Of a stretch of 64,000 nt of DNA, positions 51,112-64,000 are shown one piece after another. The DNA is taken from the NCBI GenBank assembly GCA_951406725.2, contig OX597814.1, positions 81,530,001 to 81,594,000 of the forward strand. Direction: 5' to 3'. A program made the position numbers and the translations under genes. The notes below the pieces were generated by a model, which was not told the DNA's origin, ran no database searches, and saw nothing but the letters and a program-made list of their open reading frames with translations. This DNA comes from Octopus vulgaris (taxonomy: Eukaryota). Within the stretch, counting starts at the first letter, position 1. Each line of letters opens with the position of its first letter.

Positions 51112-54100
51112 TAATTCTATAACTATATTTTATCAAGAATATACTGCCTTCATGTTTAAATTTTCAAAATAATCACCAATTATGCAAGGGCTTAGTAAAA
51201 TAAGTTACAACTTAAAGGACAAATGTTTACCCATTAAAACACACCATCAATTTTCCAGCAACTGACATCCTAGTCTCACTTTCAGTCTGAAGATTATTAT
51301 CAGTACACACTCGAATTTCCTGAAAGTCAGCCAACTTAGTTCACTGGTTAGCCACAAGTAGCATTGTCATTTGCAATCATCTAGATATCAGTAGCTGCTG
51401 CAATGCTAATAATTTGAGAAAATTTTCTATTCTACACTGCTTACATTTATCCCTAGTTACAGTGCAACATGTTAGTAGTGATGTAAAGTGTAAATGCAAG
51501 TCCAAATGAATGAGGGGAAAACTAGAAATGGTGAGAGAGCTATACTATAGTGTTTCAGTGAGAAAAGTCTGTGAGACATGATACAGATTTATTAGCAACA
51601 GAGAAAAAAATATTGCTATTCTTTGCAAAAACTGGTTTTAAGAAATAAATGAGTATTAGAAAATCTTGCTTGCCCCCACTCTGCCACTCAATTCCTGTTG
51701 GAGTTGTAAGGGGCATTGTTATGACATGGTGGGTCTCAAGCATTTTAAACCTGGTGAAGCCCCACCACCACCTCAAGGTCTGACCACAGCTGCTTTCTTC
51801 CAGAGAGAGAGGGTGAGAGAAAGAAAGAAGAAACTGACACTAGTACTTGGCTGGTAATTTATTGATCCCCACAGTTATAAAGTTAACCTCTGCAGGATTT
51901 GAACACAAAGCAAAGAGTCAGAAGAAATGCTGCTAGATATTCAAATGACTCTCAATTTAGTGCCTTAATTAGCAAAAACTATGAAAGCTAGTAAAATTAC
52001 TAAATTTCAAAAAACTGTTGATTGAATGATATTGAGAATACCAGAATAATAAAGTAGACTTGTCAGAGAGCATGATAATGGAACAGGCTGAGTTGTTCCA
52101 TAAAAAATTGGAATTGAAAACAGTCATTGTGAAAGTTCACTGAAAGGTTTAAGAATCATCAATGTGTAAAGTGTGACAATCCAAGTGTAAGGTACATGTA
52201 AACTGCATGTATTATTAATTAGGTGAATTCCTTGGAAACTGCTGTTACATAGCTTTTATACTATTAATAATACCAAACCTTCACAATACCCCTTTCTTGA
52301 CTAGAAATATGAAGATCAAAACATTCTCCCTTCTCCAACAATAACAATACAAAGGCACAACTGTTTAAAATTAAATAATGTCATGTGTAAACCCCCTAAG
52401 GATTTGCTCTAAAAATTTAACAACTTCACTGTAGAGAATACAGTATCCTAGCACAAAGGGAGAAAATATGTTCTTCACAATTGGATTTCAAGAAAGGATG
52501 CAGAGAGGAATCGAGGGATTAGAGAGTGTTTTTACAATTAGTTTTAAGCATTTTTGCTATCACAGATAATTGAGATGTAGGGAGAGTATTTCCATCTTTA
52601 TAATGTTTCTAGTGAAGAATTTACCCTGAATTTTTATTACATTACTGCAGTGGTTCTCAATCAAGATCCATATGACCCCTAAGGGTCCATATAAGAATTT
52701 TGGGAGCCCATACAAGCAGAATAGTAAATTGAAGATCCACAGTAGTATTTTAAGGGTCCATGAAAAACTTTGCATTAAATGTATTTATTGCTAGAAACAG
52801 CAAGGTTGTCTCTCCAACATTTTACATAGTTCAATAAATGGAGAATCCAGCATGCAATCAAACCATAAGTACTGGAAAAAAAAATCATTAGTGTACTCAT
52901 ACTACCTTTTATGTAATTTTGAAAGTGATATCCCCACAACAGTTTAATGCAGGTAATTTCCAATAAGTATTTGTTGAAACAGTTAATGTAAACATGGCTG
53001 AATTAATTACTGCACATTAAAAACATAATAAATGATGTATAAGCTATGTTGAGGTTTAAGTAAACACAGCTTATGAATATTATGCATGGCAAGTCATTAG
53101 ATAGGTTACATAACTAAATGTATCGGTTAATGTATTTCTTGCAGAGCCAGTATTTATAAATGTGTGAATCATATTTGGGTTCTGACAGCAGACAATACAC
53201 AATATAATGCTTTACCATTTCATAAGAATTTCATGAGAATTCAAATCTGGATCTTTATTCTGAATTTTGGGTAGCTGAATGAGTAAAGATTCTTTTTTAT
53301 ATTTCCTTTCTCCATTCTATGTATATTTCAATCTCGTTACTGCCCAAAGCAGTATAGGATTTCTTAGCTGAAGTTTAAGCTACTAGAAACTCAATCATCA
53401 ATGAGTGCATAATATGCAAAAAAGATTAATGTAGGTGTAATCCAAGATCATCAGCCCTGACTATGCAGATTTATTTTCAATAAATTTTATAATCAGAAGT
53501 CCTTCCTACTCCTAACCATTCAACTAGGGAACAAGAATGGAATTTGCATTTTGTTAAACAAAATGGAACGGAAAATGTTATGTGCCTGGCTCAAGAGAAG
53601 AAAAAAAAAAAACAATAGTTGAAGCAGGATGTGAACATACAACCATGTTATTAAGATTTCAGTATTTTAAGCTCACAGCAATTGCATGATTTAAAAGAGA
53701 AGATTTTTACAGACAAGACCCTGATTTTAAAACATTAAATTAATCAAATATTGTTTTTACAGAGAGAAGTTATCAATATACATTAATACACAGAACAGAA
53801 GGAATATGTGAATACACATATTGATTAAAGGTTACATACAATAGTATTGCTAGTCTGCATGAGTTCAATCTCTGGATCAGCCATGCTCTGTGTGTGTGTA
53901 TAAATATATATATAAATATAAAGGTGGCAAGCTGGAAGAATCGTTAGCATGCCAGGCAAAATGTTCAACAGCATTTCATTCATCTTCACATTCTGAGTTC
54001 AAATTCTGCTGAAGTTGACTTAGCCTTTCATCTTTTCAGAGTTGATAAAATAAGTTACACATTGGAGTCAATGTACTTGACTAGCCACCTCCCACAAAAT

Positions 54101-57100
54101 TGTAGGCCTTGTGCCTTTAGTAGAAAGGATTATATATATCATCATCATGTAAACAGGACTGATTGATGTTTAACTAGCAACATCACATGTATTAATGTAT
54201 AACTAATACAGAAAACATTCCTAGTATGGGCAACAGAACAAGAACTATTTACTCCCATGGATTAAACAAAGCATTTAGTTCTGAATTCTGAGAACAGAGC
54301 AGATACCTGCAGAAGACCAAAGGATTACCACAGTTGAAATGTAACCATAACAACTAAGATGAGGACACTAGTCTAAATACATTACAGTATAATATCAATT
54401 CCTCATCACAGAAATTCAGAATTTGTTCATGTAAAAAATGCTAACTTATTCTGAAAATGGTGTACACCATTCTTTTTTTTTTTTTCTTTAGATAAACATT
54501 ATAATGAAAGACAGCTTTGTCTCCCAGAACACCAACATTTTTCACAGAACCAATTTTTGGAAAACAATACTGAAGGGCAAGTTGAGTGGTTTTTTGTTTT
54601 TTTTCAGAGTGGAGTTCATAGTTTTCCTGTTTTAAATGTTATTTACAACCATTGACCATTCTGTCATCTCAGTACAAGGCAAGGATAACTGCATAAAACC
54701 TTTAGATCAGAGTCTGTAATTCTAGTTACTTCTTCCTCTTTCTTTCTTTCTCTCTCTCTCTCACACACACACACACGTGCATGCACATGCGATTCATTTT
54801 ATAGCTGTGCGACATTTAGTTTAAATTAACCTTTGGAACCAAAATTATCTAAAATGTAAACAAAATGCTCACAGTTTGTTGACAATTATTATCTATATCA
54901 GCAATCATATTTACCTCTCTTTCAAGGTTTACTTTTCCAATTAAGTGTATAGGATTCAATGACAACTATTCCCAATGGAACTTGCCCAGCTTATAAACAT
55001 TTTTACTTCTTTACACTCCAGCCCAGTCCTTATCAAGCTGCAACAACCCAGTATTTTACTTAAATACACTTTATCCAAAACTAAATTATCTAATTTAGCT
55101 CACTTTGAAACCACATGGTTTAAGGTTTAGTCCCACTGTGTAACATCAGGACAAGGGTCTACTACTATAGCCCCAGACTCACCAATGCCTCACGAGACAG
55201 AAATCGTGTAGAAGCTCATTGTGTGTGTGTGTGTGTGTGTTTCTGTTACCCCCTCTCACTGTTTGATACTTGGTGTTGGTTTGTTTACATCTTAGCAGCT
55301 CTGTAAAAGAGAGCAATATAACAAGTACCAGAATTAGAAGAAAAGAAACGTAAGTACTAAGGTCAATTTGTTCAACTAAAATTCTTCAAGATGGTAGCCC
55401 AGCATGGCTGCAGTCCACTAACTGAAAAAAGGTAAAAGATAAAAAAACACCATTTATAAAATAGTAAGGTGTGATTTAAGGGAGGTTTGGCTGCTATTTA
55501 TAGCATTCTGAACAGCCATATAAAGGTTCCTCTCATTATTTGAACTATTTCTTTAAAATTTTTTTCGTTAGAAAAAGTAAAATTAGTTAATTTCTATAAA
55601 TTTAGATCATTGAAAAAATTCTAGACACCTGAAATGCTAGAAATAGCCAAATTTTCCTCAAATTACACCCTATTACTGTCAAAAAGAAAGTGCACATTAG
55701 ATAACCCTACAAAGACGAGATGAAATGTTATTGATCATCAAACAAGTTAAACAATACCACTAATGAAATTTAAAAGCAACAGAGAAGGGACAGGTATTTC
55801 ATTGGTAGGATACTGGATAATCTATCAGGATATTGCCAGTCCTTAGCCATTTAGCACTAACTATTTTATGTTCAAATCAGGCCTCTCGCACCTACCCTAC
55901 AAGATCATTCAAAAAATAAGCAATCACATCAAAATCTCAGAGCTACAAGATAATGCAGGATTAATACAAAACAATGTGAATAAATAAGCATTACATGTGC
56001 CAGAGTAATCTGAATGCTTAAGGGTTCAACCAAGGTTAGGTGACACAGGTTTTGAGGCCCTTAAGTATAGCCTTCAAAAAGAACTAAATCTATTTCCTAA
56101 ATGTAATTACATTTCCCCCACACATTTAATAACTCTTTTTCAAGGAAGGCTTATTAGATTTCACTTAATTCAATGTGGCCATCAAATCATCTAGCTGTAA
56201 ACAGGCACTGCAATGTAGGAATAACCGCTGTAAACACTTGCAGGGCAAAAAGGAAGGATACAGTAGATAATGTGGTGCTGAAAGCACACTGCTTAATGGG
56301 AGTCACATTTCATTTGATCATAGGCTTGGTTGATCAGGGGTTAACTCTTTAACATTTAACAGATCATATCTGGCCAAAATATTCTACCTCTTTTAGGTTC
56401 AAACTAACCAGATCCTGCCCTACAATGTCATTCTAAAAATAAACAGTCACATTATCAAAATTTCAAAGTTACAAGATAATGCATGAATAATTCTAAACAA
56501 TGTAAATAAATAGGCATTACGTTTGAAAGTTAAACAACTAAAGCATGAAAATACAAATATTTGTAAACATTGAAAGGAATTAAATCTAAAACAAAAACAA
56601 GAGAGGCATGAGTTTCGAGTTAAGAAATTTGCATCACAACTGTGTAGTTCTGAGATTACTCATACTGCACAGCACATAGACCAAGTGTCTTCTGCCATAG
56701 CTTTGGATTGACCAATACCTTATGCATAGAATTTTATTGACTGAAAAGTGGATGTTAAACAACAGCAATTGTTTTATATATATATATATATATATATACA
56801 TACATACATACTTACATACATAAAGTAATCAAAGGATGTTTGTGTATCATATATTTGTAAGTCAAATGTTTAACATTGGCGCAAATTCAAAACTTTCACG
56901 CTTCACAAACAAAAAAAACTTTCAAATAGTTCCTCAACACTGAGACACACTATTGTTACTCTTACCATCAGAAATGTAACAAATATTTTGTAAATAAGTA
57001 AGAAGTACCAGTAATATATCTCTGGGTTAATTTAACTGATTAATACAGTGTTTCCTTACAAAATGTAACCTTGAGCCTAAGGAATAAACAAAAAAAAAAA

Positions 57101-57419
57101 TCAACATTGTGACCACTCATCTGAGAGTAGATGTAACTAAGTCTTCAGATTGATTAGTAAGCAACCTTCAAACGGAGGTTAAGCTTCAAGTTGGGTGTGT
57201 ACAGGATGTTATTTCATTATTTAGGTCACTAATACTCTTAAGATAGGTTCTCATTCCTTTGCTCTAAGTCACGTCACCAAACAATTTTCACAGTAGGCCA
57301 AATAACTGAATGATGAGCATGGGCTGCATAACCATTTTGTTCAATACAATACAGTGAATACACAAAACATAAAGACAACCGACATATTTATTTACTAAAA
57401 AGTTATCAAAGGCAATGTT

Positions 57420-57800
57420 AGCAATAAGGCAGTTATATCACACCCAGTGCACACATATCCGAATCTCACAAACTAAGCAGCAAAAAAGGTTGGTGGGATT
57501 TGGTGTTTAGCTTTTAAGATATTGTCAATATTTGCTTTGGACTTGTTGCATCTGAGAGAATTGCTTTCAAATATTCATCGGTCAACCTTGTTCAATGTGC
57601 TGACTTCACATCCTTCCTTATTGAAGGATGTGAAGTCAGCATCACATCCTGACATAAGTTGTTCCAAACACCAATGCCATACCAGAAGCAAATGAACTCT
57701 CATTGCAGGTACTTACACAAAAGGTACAGTGCAGCGGTGGACTGGGTGAACTGGCCTTGCAGGCCAGATTCGGCCTGCTGGCCATAGTATGGTAACCCCT
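57420..57800. mobile_element. hAT (Charlie/SPIN-like) terminal remnant with internal rearrangement
   Basis: Terminus ggccagattcggcctgctggccatagtatggtaacccctg. A segment reading KQFSQMQQVQSKY (hAT dimerisation-like) lies on the opposite strand. Confidence 0.45.
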
Positions 57801-60800
57801 GCTCTAAGTGTACATAAATATATTTTTATGCTTATAGAAGATATAAACCTTCCATAGAAAGCTTTCAACAATGCTTGTCAACCTGCTAGAAATAGCCAAA
57901 TCTCATCTCAAACACACACTTAATCATCTTAAAATGGAAAGGATACATACACTAGGATACTATGGTCCCAGATAAACTCAAGAAAAAAATAGGTGGGTTT
58001 GCCACAACTAGAATGCATCTGACCATGAGGCTTACTCAAGGCTAGTCTAGGTCTAAAGCATTATTATTTATTGCAGCCTGATGTGTATTAACTGCCTTGA
58101 CACAGAGTTCGACATAATGGCCAGCAGTATAATAGTATAACACACCTGTATCTTTTTAAGATTTACAGGACAAATTTTGACTGGTTTGTGTATGATACGA
58201 CAAACTCATGATCAAGAAGTTTAAGTTTTAATGGCATCTCAGAGGGATAGAACAAAAGTGAACTGAAATGTCTTATAACATCTGCAGCTGGCAGTAAATG
58301 TTACAATGAACACAGCAATGCAAATCTATCAACAAATAGAATGAGCCATCATTTTACTTGCTAAAAGTGGCAGTCAAATCTTCCAAATTTCCTTAGAAAA
58401 TAAAGAAAGACAATGAATAACATTATCTGGTAAGTTAGGATTATCTCAGCTGGAATGCTTTTCATCATAGGTTTGCTTAATCACAGCCGATTTGGAGCTA
58501 AAAAAAAAGCATATATTGCTCAACAGAAATACAAATATATAGACTTGTTTGGAGTATTTAGTCTGTAGTTATTATCCATAATGTAAGATTTAAAATGCTG
58601 ACAAGTTTTTACAGCATTAAACAGCTGATAGAAAAGTTACCTACTCTAACAGAGAGGCCACTTATAGGTAACATTCCTAAATGGTCTTGGAACCTAAAGA
58701 AAGATTATTGTTCAAGAACTAAATACCTACAAATGAACTCCTGCTTTATGAGCAAGTAGTACTTATCCACTGGACCATCGCACCTCTACAGTTATAATTA
58801 CCAAGATAAAAGAAATTAAAGACTCTTCTTATTGGTTAACTAACTCTTAACATTTTATCCTAATGTATCAGTTATCAAGGTTAGACTGATTGTTTATGAA
58901 TAAAGCATAATCAACTGAGTGTAGCTTGAATTTTATAGTCTGATTGATGCCAATCGTTACCAAGTCAAATATGATAGAGCAGACAATAATCAAAAGCACT
59001 CCATTCTTGACCATCCCGCCTTATATATTTAAGACTACATTATCCAATCTATGCTTTTTAAAAGACAATACGGTATGGTTTGGGGGAGATTTGCCAGATG
59101 CGTTTAGCAAGTTGAACAACTACATAGAACCTACTACAACTTCTCAGACAAACTGAATACCTTACTCCCTTCCCACTCAATTTCAGTTCTTTAATGAAGT
59201 CATGTCAATTACTGCTTTATTCCAGGTAAAGAATGAATGTCACAACATCTTAATTCCACATTCATACAACAGCTTGGAATTTTGTTAATTTGACCTAACC
59301 AAATCACATAAAGTTGGAAGACTTCAGTGGTATTCCAACATCACAGTAAAGTTACAGAACCTTACTGTTATTTTAATCAAAGTCCAAGTCAAAAAATAGG
59401 AGAGAGAAGCTCTCTTATTCTCAAGCAGAGATTACAGATACTACTAATGTACAAGGCAAGCTTTGTACTTTAAGCACCTGTGCCCCAAATAAGTAGCACT
59501 CAAACCTACAAAGCTCTACATAGAGGGATTGCAGAGAAGTAGAATTCACCAGTCTTAAATAGCAACAATACTATCGTTTTAATGGAAATAAAGTAATTTT
59601 ACTGGTTAACAATACTGAGCTCAACTCCTCCCGTGAGAGGAGCAGCTACTTACAAATAGACTAGTATCTTATATAGGAGCTATCATCTATTTTATGCTAT
59701 AGAAATAAAGTACCAACCCTATGGATCCACGTTATTTAAAAATGATTAGTTTTTCTCAGTTTCTTCTACTTGCTTTTGATTCTTTCAGTCAACATTGACA
59801 GAAACTGTTGGTACTTGCTGTACAGGTACAAGGTCACACTAACCAACTGTTCTAGACCAGTTGTTTTTGTTGTTTAGTTTCAGTCAGCCCTGATCAAATA
59901 GACCTATGTCAAAGGCATTCCAAACATCACCATCTTGTATTTTCTCCAGTCAGTGCATGTCTAGGGCATTTTTTGTGAAGATGCAATTTGAGAACAGATT
60001 TGGTTGTTATTTTTTGCAGATCAAGTAACCAGGGCACTTAATGCTACTCCATTGTTGAGTTGTTAAAAGAATAAAAGCAATAATCAGATGTGAAAGGAAA
60101 AATAAAAATCACACTATTACACTTTATTTCAATGGGTTAAACCATAACCCTGTAGCATTTAAACAGGCTACATCCAACCCAAATATTTTGTTTTGTGTTC
60201 AAACTGGCCAGATCAGGCCTCTCTCATCTACCCTACAATGTCATTCTAAAAATATACAAGCACATCATCAAAATCTCAACACTATGAGATAATGCATGAT
60301 TAATTCAAAACAATGTGAATAAATAAGTATTACATTTGATAGAGTAATTTGAATGCTAAAGGGTTAAATATAGAAGAGAGAATGACAATGTCTGGTATCT
60401 TTGTCATTGTAGTAAACAGTAGCAATACTATATAACCCATCTTCTGAATGTGATATAGAGACTCATAGATAGGAACCACTAGGGCAGGAATGGGGGATAG
60501 GCAGCCTTTGAAGCACTTAAGTGCAGCCTCCAAGAAAAGAACTCCAGATTTTGATTTTTAAAAAAAACTCACTGGTTTCATAGTATCATATTGTTCTTAA
60601 AACATTACAAGAATACATCAATGAAAAAAATTCCCTTTTGATCTCGTATGCAAATGTTTTATATGTACCATGTGTAAACTGCATAACCATGCCAATTTTA
60701 AAGTGCAACCAATATTTGACACTGCTGCACCATCTACACGCAGTGTTTCACCTTTAGGAATACAGACTACTCTGTCAAATGTTTATTTATACCCACATTG

Positions 60801-62319
60801 TTTTGAATTAACCATGCATTATATTCAAGCTTCAAAATTTTCATGATGTGACTTAATCTTTAAAATGACATTGTGGGGGGTAGGTGTGAGAGGCTGGATC
60901 TGACTGCTTTGAACATATTTGAGTTGGATAAGGTCAGTTAAAATGCTAAAGGGTTAATAGTCTTTAAAAGGTCAGATTATTGCCATAATTATATTTTCAA
61001 AAAAAATGTAACTACATTTTTCTGATTATTTAATAAACTTTTTTTAATATGGCCTTAGATCAAGCATGATTCAAATTTGAAAAACTTCTCCCTCATTCCT
61101 GCCCAACATATTATGGAGACAGTGGTGCTCCTATAACGTATGTTCCATGCATAATATGCTTATACTTTCTAAAGACATTAACAACAGCCAGAGATCTTGA
61201 TATCAACAATAAGAGGACAATAAAAATAATGTGATGATCAAGTTTCATCACTAAATTAGGAACTGGCTTATTTTCTAATGCAGAAATATTTGAGATCAGC
61301 ACAATGAGTACCGAAGTACCTAACTGAATTACAATGTGACTGACTGAACATGTACACTTGTAGCCTTAACATAATTCTTAGGAAGAATTAGCATGTCAAA
61401 GTTTGATCTTCCAATTACAAGTACAATTCAAAAGGATTCCACAAGTTTCCACCGACACAATTTCACTCACAAGGCTTTGGTCAACCCATGGCTACAGTAA
61501 GCCTTGACCAAGGTGTCATGCAGCAGGATAAAACCTGAAACCTGGTAACTGTGAGGCAAATTTCTTAATCGTTCAGTCATAAGCTATCAAAATAACTTAT
61601 AAGTCCTGCAGCTAACAATGGTGACTGATTTTTCACAATAGCTAAGACAATAGGTTATGGAGGTGGGCCACTACAGATACAACTCAGCATCAATTACAAA
61701 TTATGAGCCTTTCAACTTGTAACCCCACATCTCAATGATTTACTTCACCACCCTATACTCTGTACAGAAATTCATAACCTTAACAGCAACATAACAATTC
61801 CCTTCACAGACATACTTAGAACTATAATGCTAGCAACTGAATCAAACAAATCCACTTCTGCCCTACTTAACAGCATCACATAATTACCACTTCATTATGT
61901 ATGCCACTCCCAATAATATCAGTATTATACTAAAAAATTCGAAATTCTAGATATCACCTTGAACACACCAATATCATTGTACACAATACACAGAGGGCAA
62001 ACTTGAAAAGATAACAGTTATAAGCAGTACATCATGTTCAACATGAACTATGCTAGATCAACACTGCCACAAACCCCAAATTATAAACTTAGCAAAGCAA
62101 TACCCTTCCATGGCAGCACACATTTACCATTTTCACAATGAAATTTATTCTTTAAAAAGAAGAACACTTCAACAGCATGTCATGCAGTTTTAAGAAGCAC
62201 AAAATGACCAACCACTTTCAAATATGAAAACATTATTAACACTTCAGCACAGAAACTAAATCTGGTTCTTGTCCAAACCAACAGTTGAAATTGGAATAAT
62301 ACAATGTAAAAACCATTTA

Positions 62320-64000
62320 CACGCCCATCAAATCCGAAAGTAGTAATACTTCTTACAAATCCTCTTTCTTATTTTTAATACATACTTAAAACAGGTTTGC
62401 TGTTCAACTGTAAGTCGAAATCTTTGACCGTGAGTATACTTAAGTGCTCCGTCGAATTTATAACGGTTGGCAAACTGTTTTTGAACCTCCTGTGGGGACA
62501 CATGTTGCTGTGGCTATTTTGTGATTACATTTGTTTGCTTGCGGTGGACAGGAGTGGTCTTCGCACTGTGATCAAGTATTAGGTTTTGCTGAGTAGACAG
62601 ACAGTGGTTATGATATTGGCCGAGAATAGTCAGGTGGAGTCTCCGGTTTCTAGAGCACTTGTAATTCCTATTCGTGAAATGAACGTGTAAGTGGCTGGGT
62701 ATTCCACAGACACATGTACCCATAACACAATTCTCAGGCCAAATGAGTATATAACACAATATAACAAGGTTTAACTTCTTTCCAGAGAAAAGAAACCGAA
62801 CTAGAAGGGGCGAAAGATAAAGTTAACTTCGACAGGATTTGAACTCGGACTGCAGCGAGTTGGAACGAATACAGCAGGTCGTTCTGACACTAACTACTGT
62901 CAATTCGCAGCCTTAGTATGTATTTTGGATTCATGACAATGAAAACGGTCAAAACGGATCTACAGTGTGGCGTACTAGATGCACCGTTCGTTTATTTCTT
63001 TTAATGTAAAGTGCTAATACGTGATTCATTTCTCTAATTGCTCATTTGAAATTTCGGTAGTTTAAACACTGGGACAGAAAAGTGAATGTTGGACTATACA
63101 GAAAATATGCTGTACCACAGTAACTAGTTCACTGTCATTAATTGAGCAATTAGCAACTCAATAGATTTGTACAAATAGTATGATAACGGCAAACAGATTT
63201 AACATACCAGTAATAGACACAGAAATGAATTTATATACCTACTCCCCAGAAAGTTACCACAATTTCGTACTAGACACAAAACACAAGAACTACAAGAGAG
63301 GAAGAGATTGAGACGGAATGTTGCCACGCTCTAGACAGACATTAGTAGCCTGTCCCAACTAAGAGTGCGCGAGTGTGATAAAGCCTAAAATTAAAACTGC
63401 TAATAGTAAATTACTATAGGTTTACAATTAGTGTGTAACAGGACAGAAGTCGAAGCGTGCGTAATAGAAATGATGCTGAGTTCAGAGAGAGAGAAAGTAT
63501 TAAAAGATAGGCTTTGAAAGTTTACAACAAATACGTATTTTAATACGGATAAGAACTAAATACAACATCCTTTTCGAAGTAATTCAAGTGGAAAAATCCA
63601 ATCTTTGCAGAAGTATGGACGTTTGTTTTAAATCAATAATAAATTTTTATCGAATCAGAATAGATGAATGAAAAAAAAAATACTGCATATATGTTATATA
63701 AAATAACCATTAAGACGACGGATCACAAATCTTTGCGGCAAACAAGTATTCCATGTGACTGGTAGAATAAATGAAATAGCGGGAAACATTAACCGAATAA
63801 GGAAATTTGCAACAGCTGACAAAAAACATAAACAAAAAAACGAGTGACAAAAATGTGTGGGAGGGTTTTTCAATAAATTCCTTTTTTATCGTCCTTAAAC
63901 AATAAGCTAACTTTGTCGGGAAAACAAGTTAAGTTAGTTAACTGAATCAGTTCGGTATTTTCGTTTTTCCGACACTGCTCCTTGGATGGATGGAAAGTTA
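62320..64000. promoter_or_regulatory. CpG-enriched, putatively unmethylated promoter-proximal zone
   Basis: CpG dinucleotides become frequent in non-repeat sequence here and are rare in the preceding intron (visual estimate). The zone lies 5' of the minus-strand ATG8 gene. Confidence 0.45.

Noticed and set aside
62138-62170. atgaaatttattctttaaaaagaagaacac resembles an ATG8 exon 1 (MKFxFKEEH)
   Set aside because: Wrong strand for the gene, in-frame TAA and no splice donor; probably chance in AT-rich DNA.

Overview
AT-rich, repeat-dense eukaryotic genomic DNA. The tRNA-derived SINE and RTE repeat repertoire looks like a coleoid cephalopod (Octopus-like); this is an inference. Two spliced genes lie tail-to-tail. 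On the + strand is GNPTG (GlcNAc-1-phosphotransferase gamma subunit, MRH + DMAP1-binding-like region), with exons 2328-17712, a possible first coding exon near 1046/1097-1154 and a possible alternative 3' end via 21428-21471 and 23050-23115. On the - strand is a GABARAPL2-like ATG8 gene (exons 40314-40259, 38339-38167, 36600-36480); its first exon was not found and probably lies at or beyond the CpG-rich right edge. The intergenic gap holds a cluster of Tc1/mariner elements and decayed LINEs. Introns carry SINEs, hAT and piggyBac-like MITEs and microsatellites. The most unusual signals are: minimal hammerhead-ribozyme-like motifs with an A6U core change in a short (TA)n-targeting repeat; a 62-bp tandem array in an RTE 3' UTR whose units each fold into a compact H-type pseudoknot; long foldback inverted repeats in introns; alternative C-termini for GNPTG; and an 11-residue tail after the ATG8 scissile glycine. 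All calls are manual reads; no searches or folding programs were run.
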